From Promethearchaeia archaeon (lineage in GTDB: Archaea; Asgardarchaeota; Lokiarchaeia; Sigyniarchaeales; SOKP01): a stretch of 15,754 nucleotides of DNA. The notes under the pieces were generated by a model, which was given only the letters and a program-made list of their open reading frames with translations, was not told the origin of the DNA and searched no databases. The position numbers were made by a program, and so were the translations under genes. The stretch is taken from assembly GCA_046497275.1 (NCBI GenBank), contig JAWOFX010000016.1, positions 1 through 15,754 on the forward strand, given 5' to 3'. Of this stretch, positions 7,448-13,772 are shown one piece after another; the first letter of the stretch is position 1, and every line of letters begins with the position of its first letter.

Positions 7448-8773
7448 TCATTTAAAATTCGGCAGAAAATCCCTTTGAAGCTCCATCATCTCGTTAAATA
7501 CTTTTTCCGCAATTTCATAGCTTCCACAATTTACATCCATCGCTAAACAATTGATTGCCATCTGTTTTGATTCTCTTAAAATTGCTTCTATGCATAAATC
7601 TTGTGTAGCTGCCTCTCTCCCTAAAAGAGTTGCGAGATCTTTTGGGATCTTTCCTAATTTAACTCCATGAAGTCCATTAGCATCAACTATAGCAGAACAT
7701 TCAACAACTAGGTTTCTTGGTAAATTTTTAATAATCCCTTCATTGGGCAAATTAACGGCATATTCGTAAGATTTTTTCCCTTCTACGATCGCTTCTATTA
7801 TCGGGATGGCTCTTTCACCAGAAGGACCTCCCATTACCATTCCTTTACGAGGATACCGTCCCTTTTTTAACCTTTTATGATATCTTTTTAATCTTGCATT
7901 TGTTCCAAGATTTGCTTGTTCCATTTTTGTTATCCAGTCTTTAATATCTTCTACTTTTGTGAATTCTGAGCCAAACTGAACATACTCACAAAGGTGGTTG
8001 TCACCAACATAGGGGAAATATCCAAATCGTTTATATACTTCAAAGGTGAGATCAGAATAATGAAATCTGTCCCATTTTCCTTCAAAATAATTCAGACATT
8101 TTCGATTAAATTCTGGCATTAAATTTTTACCCGTTACAAAATCTTCAAGTCCGAATAGAAAGGCAAAATGATTTAACCCACCTGTAATGAGCTTTAATTC
8201 TCCTAAATCTTTATTTATCATTTTTGGCAAATGATCATTCGTTAAGAGCTCTATCTGGTGGCATAATCCAAACATTTTTATTTGCGGATATTCTCGCATA
8301 ATAGCTAAACATATTCTTGATAGAGGATTGGAGTAATTTATAAAATAGGCTTCTGGACAAATTTTCTCAACATCATCCACAATTTTCAGAATTTCTGGTA
8401 TTTGTCTAGCGCTGTGGAAAAACCCTCCTGGTCCGCCATTCTCTCCCATCATTTCGGTAGTTCCATATTTTCTCGGAATAGTATTATCTTGCCACCGTAA
8501 TTTAAATCTATCTCCATGTTCTATCGAACAGATTACAAAATTAGCATTTTTTAAAGCATTTCTACGATCAGTGGTTTTCTCGATTATGTATTTATTTTCC
8601 AATCTTTTGTTATCTTGTGATACTACTTCATAAACCATATTTAATTTTGCTTCATCAATATCATGAAGAGTAATAATAGATCCTTCCAACATTTTACTTC
8701 TGTTTAGATCTGTTAAAGTAGGTGGACCAAAAGCTGCACTCCCGGAACCGATTAAGACAATTTTTACATTCAT
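7448..8773 (-). CDS. Glycoside hydrolase family 4 (NAD+/Mn2+-dependent), alpha-galactosidase/alpha-glucosidase-like
   Basis: KIVLIGSGS Rossmann motif, GENGGPGG, INYSNP, GLCH (metal Cys), GLNH (metal His), HLCEY and a typical LPNF C-terminus. Confidence 0.92.
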   Translation of the reverse strand: MNVKIVLIGSGSAAFGPPTLTDLNRSKMLEGSIITLHDIDEAKLNMVYEVVSQDNKRLENKYIIEKTTDRRNALKNANFVICSIEHGDRFKLRWQDNTIPRKYGTTEMMGENGGPGGFFHSARQIPEILKIVDDVEKICPEAYFINYSNPLSRICLAIMREYPQIKMFGLCHQIELLTNDHLPKMINKDLGELKLITGGLNHFAFLFGLEDFVTGKNLMPEFNRKCLNYFEGKWDRFHYSDLTFEVYKRFGYFPYVGDNHLCEYVQFGSEFTKVEDIKDWITKMEQANLGTNARLKRYHKRLKKGRYPRKGMVMGGPSGERAIPIIEAIVEGKKSYEYAVNLPNEGIIKNLPRNLVVECSAIVDANGLHGVKLGKIPKDLATLLGREAATQDLCIEAILRESKQMAINCLAMDVNCGSYEIAEKVFNEMMELQRDFLPNFK

Positions 8774-8842
8774 TATTATGATTTATTTACCTTTTTTTAA
8801 TTCTATAAAATATAAGATTAAAAAGTACTATTAAATAAATAA

Positions 8843-8854
8843 ATAAACGTTTAT
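8843..8854. promoter_or_regulatory. Perfect 12-bp palindrome ATAAACGTTTAT in a divergent promoter region (candidate operator or back-to-back TATA)
   Basis: Seen directly. About 70 nt from the GH4 start and about 60 nt from the URO-D-like start. Confidence 0.4.
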
Positions 8855-8913
8855 AACTAAATCCATTTAAATATATATCTATATTAATTAAACTAAGCCA
8901 ATCTTAATTTAAA

Positions 8914-10104
8914 ATGAGTATTGAAGAGAAAGATATTCAAAAAACCAAAAAAAGATTAAAAAAATGGTGGAATAATGAAGAAACTGACCGTCCATGTATT
9001 GGCTATAATTATCCTTATTATGGAAAGAAAATTTCCAGCGTAAGTGAAGTGATGGAATTTTTTATACCTTTTTGCTTAGCAAAGTATCCAGACGGAATTG
9101 AACAATGTTTAGATAGGTTTGAGGAGTTAAAAGAAAAAATATATTCCGGCGGAGATAATTTATATTCTTACTTTCCAAATTATGGGGCAGGATGTCCAGC
9201 TGCTATATTCGGAATAGAACCAGAATATAGAAAAGGCTCTGATAAATACGGAATAATGTCAGAGACAGTTTGGTATCGGGGAGAAATATCAGCAAAGAAC
9301 ATAATTTCTCATTTAGAGGATATAAAATTAGATGAAACTAATGAGTGGTATTCAAGATTTCTAAAAATAACAGAATATGCAGCAAAGAGAGCAAACGGAG
9401 ATTATACTATCGCTGTTCTTGATTTGGGTGGAGTTCTTGATGTTTTATCTTCATTGATGGGACCACAAAACATTATTCTCACGATGAAGAGGGAACCAGA
9501 GATAATTGATGAGGCATGTTCTCTTCTTTTAGAAAAAATGCTAATCTTATATGATAACCTACAAAAGAGAATTGATCATTATTGTGATGGCTCCGATAGT
9601 TGGTTAAATCTCTGGTGTCCTACTCATTATTATCCAGTTCAATGTGATTTCGCAGCTATGCTTAATCCACAATGGTTTAAGCGTTTTGCGTTACCATATA
9701 TTAAAGAACAAGCGGAACACATGAATCATGCTATTTATCATCTAGATGGTGAAAATCAATTAGTGCATTTAGATGATTTACTATCTCTCGAGTGCATTGA
9801 TGGAATACAATGGGTCCCAGGTGCGGGAAAAACAATCACAGCAAGTTATAAATGGATGCCTCTTTATAAAAAAATTCAAGCAGCGGGTAAAAAGATAGAT
9901 CTTAATGCATTCGAAGATCCCACTCTCATCACAGATTTTTATGAAAAATTAGATCCCAGTCTCTTATATATTTCATGTTTCTTTTTAGATATATTTAGAG
10001 CGGAATTTTATCTACCAGAATTTGTAGGAGGTATGGCGGGAAAAGGCAATTTTAGGCAATATAAACGAAAAAGAAAAAAAGAAATCAGAGAGAAAAAGAT
10101 TTAA
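8914..10104 (+). CDS. Uroporphyrinogen decarboxylase-superfamily (URO-D/CIMS barrel; MtaA/CmuA-related) protein of unknown function
   Basis: W...DRP N-terminus, DLGGVLDVLSSLMG, QCDFAAMLNP..F.RFALP, IYHLDG and IQWVPGAG resemble the URO-D-like / corrinoid-methyltransferase-like family. Confidence 0.75.
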   Translation: MSIEEKDIQKTKKRLKKWWNNEETDRPCIGYNYPYYGKKISSVSEVMEFFIPFCLAKYPDGIEQCLDRFEELKEKIYSGGDNLYSYFPNYGAGCPAAIFGIEPEYRKGSDKYGIMSETVWYRGEISAKNIISHLEDIKLDETNEWYSRFLKITEYAAKRANGDYTIAVLDLGGVLDVLSSLMGPQNIILTMKREPEIIDEACSLLLEKMLILYDNLQKRIDHYCDGSDSWLNLWCPTHYYPVQCDFAAMLNPQWFKRFALPYIKEQAEHMNHAIYHLDGENQLVHLDDLLSLECIDGIQWVPGAGKTITASYKWMPLYKKIQAAGKKIDLNAFEDPTLITDFYEKLDPSLLYISCFFLDIFRAEFYLPEFVGGMAGKGNFRQYKRKRKKEIREKKI

Positions 10105-10216
10105 GCATGATATTTAAATCCTTTATATTTAGAACTATAATAGTATTAAAATAAATTCTATAATAGAAACAGATAATAAAAAACCATTATTTATTTACTC
10201 ATTATTTAAGTGAAAA

Positions 10217-10873
10217 ATGGGGAATTTATTTATGAATGATTTCGATGAATCTTTACAACCAACGAAATTTCTTGATTTTGATAAGAGGAAAGTAATAAAT
10301 AAAGCACATAAAATTGTTGAAAATAAATATAATCCAAAAGATAAAGCTATCGCTCTATTTTATTGGGTAAGAGATGAAATAAGATACAATCAATATGGTT
10401 TTTATATGATTCCTGCAAATTTTAAAGCTTCAGTTACTATTCGCAGAAAAAACGGATTCTGCGTATCTAAAGCAATCCTATTATCTGCTATGGCAAGAGC
10501 AGTAAAGATACCTGCCAAAATTCATCTAGCAGATATTATAAACCATAAAATACCTCAAAAAATAATTGATTGGATGAAAACAGATGTTTTTCTCTTCCAT
10601 GGATATTCAGAATTATATATAAATGGAAAATGGGTAAAAGCTACTCCAGTTTTCGACAGATTCACATCTCAAAAAGGAGGATATCCTTTAGTAGAATTTG
10701 ATGGAGAACACGATGCATTATTGGCAAGCCATGACAAAGACGGAAATAGATTCGTAGAATATATTAATGATAGAGGTACATATGCAGATTTACCATACAA
10801 AGAGATAGAAGAAATTTTTAATAGAGAATATGCAGATGCCATAGAAGAAGTTTTAAATAGTACTAAAAAATAG
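10217..10873 (+). CDS. Transglutaminase-like (cysteine protease fold) protein, paralog 1
   Basis: LFYWVRDEI.Y, GFCVSKA (catalytic Cys), ARAVKIPA, HGYSE (His), KWVKATP. The start could alternatively be ATG 10232. Confidence 0.9.
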   Translation: MGNLFMNDFDESLQPTKFLDFDKRKVINKAHKIVENKYNPKDKAIALFYWVRDEIRYNQYGFYMIPANFKASVTIRRKNGFCVSKAILLSAMARAVKIPAKIHLADIINHKIPQKIIDWMKTDVFLFHGYSELYINGKWVKATPVFDRFTSQKGGYPLVEFDGEHDALLASHDKDGNRFVEYINDRGTYADLPYKEIEEIFNREYADAIEEVLNSTKK

Positions 10874-10976
10874 ACTCTATTCTTTTAGATAACTTATGAT
10901 TTACATTTAAAGTGAAAATTTTATAAACCTAAAGGCAAATAGTTCAATAAATAAGTCTTATTATATTAGAAAAACT

Positions 10977-11654
10977 ATGGTTAAATTTGAAAAATATCTG
11001 CAACCAACCGATTTTTTTGACTATAACAGAAGTAAAGTCAAAAATAAAGCTGTGGAACTTACAGAAAATATTGATAGTGAATTCGAAAAGATAAAAGCAT
11101 TATTTTATTGGGTCAGGGACGAGATAAAATATAATATGATGTCATATGTCCCTGAAATAAAAGCTAATTTCAAAGCAAGTGTTACTTTAAGAAGGGGGTA
11201 TGGGTTTTGTGTCTCAAAAGCTATTTTGCTCTCCACTTTTGCAAGAGCAATTAAAATTCCCGCTCGTATTCATTTAGCTGATATCATCAATCATAAGATC
11301 TCTCGAAAAGTTATTGATTTTATGGGTACAAATGTGATGCATTATCATGGCTATTCCGAAATCTTTTTGGATGATAAATGGCTTAAATTAGCCCCTGTGT
11401 TCGATAAAGAAACAGGAAAAAAAGCAGGATTTTTACCGCTCGTCGATTTTGATGAGAATAAAAATGCTATGTTTAGTAAATATGACAATGAGGGAAATCT
11501 ATTTGTTGAATACATAAAAGACTATGGGAGTTATCCCGATTTACCTCTAGATACTATAAAAAAAGTTTTTCGAGAAAAATATGGTAATCTTTTTGAGGGA
11601 GGTTTAAAAGTAGATCCAATAGAAGATAAGAAAATAACTTATAGAGGAGATTAA
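10977..11654 (+). CDS. Transglutaminase-like protein, paralog 2
   Basis: Same motifs (GFCVSKA, HGYSE, KWLKLAP). About 55% identical to paralog 1 by hand alignment. Confidence 0.9.
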   Translation: MVKFEKYLQPTDFFDYNRSKVKNKAVELTENIDSEFEKIKALFYWVRDEIKYNMMSYVPEIKANFKASVTLRRGYGFCVSKAILLSTFARAIKIPARIHLADIINHKISRKVIDFMGTNVMHYHGYSEIFLDDKWLKLAPVFDKETGKKAGFLPLVDFDENKNAMFSKYDNEGNLFVEYIKDYGSYPDLPLDTIKKVFREKYGNLFEGGLKVDPIEDKKITYRGD

Positions 11655-12577
11655 TCTTGTTCTTCAAAATATTTATCTGGTAACCCTAAATCTCTCAAGT
11701 ATATTTGAAATTTCCCCAATTCTCCTCCATAATTTCCCGCAGATATTTTAAATAAACCTTTCATCTCTATTATTTCTTCAATTACTCTTTTCATAGTATA
11801 TTTAATGGTATCAATATCTAACGCATTAAAAATTATTTCGGGAATACTTTTTACACCAATAGGAACTTTGAATTCACTATGCGGTATCTTATTTTTAAGC
11901 GTAGGACAATATGGATGGTTTGTAGATGGTCCTATTTCTGGGAAATTTGTTTCTGGTTTAGAACCAGCTGAACAAACATCAAAAGTAGTACATACATTAT
12001 CAATTTTTTCGATTATTTCTACTGCTCTCCTTCCTATATTAATTCCCGCTTCAATATTCGCAGCCATAATCCACAGATTTCCGCCCATAATCCCCTCTCC
12101 AAATTTTATATCTCTTTCTATTAGAAAATCGTATCCCATCATTATTGGAACAGATATCAAATTCCGCTCATACTTTTCGACCATCTCCTCATATCCATCC
12201 CCGCAATGACCTATATTATCCATAACATCAAATTCAGTATCGACATCTTCTGGGAAATTATCATATACCGCAGTAGTAGGAACAACGAGAATCCCTTGTC
12301 GAACCCGTCTTCCTAATTGCTCATATAATTTTGAGATTGCCTTTTCATTTGTTCCTGTTACCCATAGTTGGACAATAGCTCCGATCCTGCCATCAATTGT
12401 TTCATTTTTATCTAACCATTTGACTATTCCACCTTCAGCATCACCGAAAACAGTTGATGGAAGCGCTGTGAAACTATTAATCGCACGTTTTAGAAATATC
12501 TCATCATAAGCAGTTACCTGTAACTGGGTGAATAAACCTTCAAATGCTTCACAGAAAGTATCCTCAATCATATTCAT
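11651..12577 (-). CDS. ftr: Formylmethanofuran--tetrahydromethanopterin N-formyltransferase (divergent Ftr)
   Basis: IEDTFCEAF, ET.DGR.G, GDGYE, GGNLWIMA, GSK, STNHPYCPTL, EII.N and ISAGNYGGELG match Ftr along its full length. Confidence 0.88.
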   Translation of the reverse strand: MNMIEDTFCEAFEGLFTQLQVTAYDEIFLKRAINSFTALPSTVFGDAEGGIVKWLDKNETIDGRIGAIVQLWVTGTNEKAISKLYEQLGRRVRQGILVVPTTAVYDNFPEDVDTEFDVMDNIGHCGDGYEEMVEKYERNLISVPIMMGYDFLIERDIKFGEGIMGGNLWIMAANIEAGINIGRRAVEIIEKIDNVCTTFDVCSAGSKPETNFPEIGPSTNHPYCPTLKNKIPHSEFKVPIGVKSIPEIIFNALDIDTIKYTMKRVIEEIIEMKGLFKISAGNYGGELGKFQIYLRDLGLPDKYFEEQD

Positions 12578-12771
12578 TCACTATTATAAAGTTAAATTCT
12601 TTTTATTATTATACTTAGAATTATTCTTGTATTTTAATTTTGTTTCAAATATTTTTACTAATATCAATGAGAAAATAATCTTACAAAAAGATATTATAAA
12701 AATTAAATTAATAGAAAATAATATAGAATTTAAAGAATTTTAATAATCAACTTAAATTAGTGTTCTTAAAC

Positions 12772-12793
12772 TTTATATATTTCAAAAAGAGGT
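12772..12793 (+). promoter_or_regulatory. TATA box (TTTATATA 12772-12779) and SD-like GAGGT (12789-12793) upstream of the longin-like gene
   Basis: Both match archaeal consensus. The TATA spacing would put the TSS near the ATG, so the two signals may not both be functional. Confidence 0.45.
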
Positions 12794-12800
12794 TAGAAAA

Positions 12801-13724
12801 ATGCCCAAAGGAATATTTTTGTATGAAATTGACAAATCTTTTGGACCAAATATTTTAGCTAAATACTATATGACTGAGATTAATCTTAGTTCGGAGATAT
12901 TAGAAAAATTAAATGAAAAACATATAGAGAAAAATTTAGTAGATGCAACCGCTGAGCAAAACGAAGTAAGAGTATATTCTAGTAAAATTAAATCAGAGAA
13001 TATTAAGAAGAAAAATCTTTATCTTGGATTTATACTCAGAGAAGAGGAGGATTTAGTTTCACTCAAAAGTATTTTTGAAAACATGGAACAAAAAATTGTT
13101 AATAATTTAGATTTAGAAAAAAAAGATCAAATGAAACAGCTTTTTAAGGAAACTCTTAGTTCAATTTTAAGTCTTATGGATAAATTAAAACAACCCTCAA
13201 TCATTCAAGAAACAATAAATGAAAAAACAAAAAAGCTTTTAGATGAGGGAAAGCTTCAAGAAGCACGCGAATTAATAGATTTGGGAGAAGAAATTCCCGG
13301 AGAATTGTCAGAAGTAATAAAAGAAGCAGATGAATCTTTTATAAAAGAAGATTATAAAAAAGCAAAAAAAAAGTTCTTAAAAGGAGTAGAACTCGCAGCA
13401 CAAATACAAGAAGATGAGATAGTTCAATTTCTAAAAAATAAAGCTGAAAAAGTTGGTTCATTTCCAGCTTTATTAGATGAAGAAGAAAATTTAGAAGATA
13501 CTGTAAAAGACACTTTCGATGAATTTGAGAAAAATCAATTACGATTATATAGACAATTAATTAATCCTATCGAGAGATTAATTGAAATCTCAAATATATT
13601 CGAGGAAAACGAAAGATACGAATCTTTAATGGATCTATTAAGAAATATCAAGAAAGCCTCACAATTAGCACAAGAACTTTATGATTTGGATGAAAAAATT
13701 GCAGAAAAAATGAAAAAGCTTTAA
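12801..13724 (+). CDS. Hypothetical protein with N-terminal longin/uDENN-like domain and C-terminal helical (TPR-like/coiled-coil) region
   Basis: N-terminal GIFLYEIDKSFGPNILAKYY (hydrophobic strand-xDxxxGP-strand) followed by helix, strands RVYSSK and LYLGFIL, then helix. The C-terminal half is charged amphipathic helices (ADESFIKEDYKKAKKKFLKGVELA). Confidence 0.6.
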   Translation: MPKGIFLYEIDKSFGPNILAKYYMTEINLSSEILEKLNEKHIEKNLVDATAEQNEVRVYSSKIKSENIKKKNLYLGFILREEEDLVSLKSIFENMEQKIVNNLDLEKKDQMKQLFKETLSSILSLMDKLKQPSIIQETINEKTKKLLDEGKLQEARELIDLGEEIPGELSEVIKEADESFIKEDYKKAKKKFLKGVELAAQIQEDEIVQFLKNKAEKVGSFPALLDEEENLEDTVKDTFDEFEKNQLRLYRQLINPIERLIEISNIFEENERYESLMDLLRNIKKASQLAQELYDLDEKIAEKMKKL

Positions 13725-13772
13725 TAATTTATCCAAAATTAATTATTTTAAAAAATTAGTAAAAAAATAATT

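Noticed and set aside
7448-7450. Possible selenocysteine or readthrough at the GH4 TGA (Sec is known in Lokiarchaeia)
   Set aside because: The TGA follows the normal GH4 C-terminus (LPNFK), and no protein here appears split at an in-frame TGA or TAG.
7334-7546. 70-aa + strand ORF
   Set aside because: Overlaps two minus-strand genes; Phe-rich composition reflects T-rich DNA.
11805-12209. 134-aa + strand ORF
   Set aside because: Codon-register mirror of ftr, a typical antisense shadow.
1-12577. A single C1/methyl-transfer gene cluster (MetE-like + GlcD/F + URO-D-like + Ftr)
   Set aside because: The genes are on different strands, separated by unrelated genes and terminators, and no corrinoid protein is present. 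Co-location may be chance unless synteny shows otherwise.
12528-12743. 71-aa + strand ORF in the ftr/longin divergent spacer
   Set aside because: Overlaps the ftr start and consists of AT-only codons (F/L/I/N/K); stops are avoided by chance.
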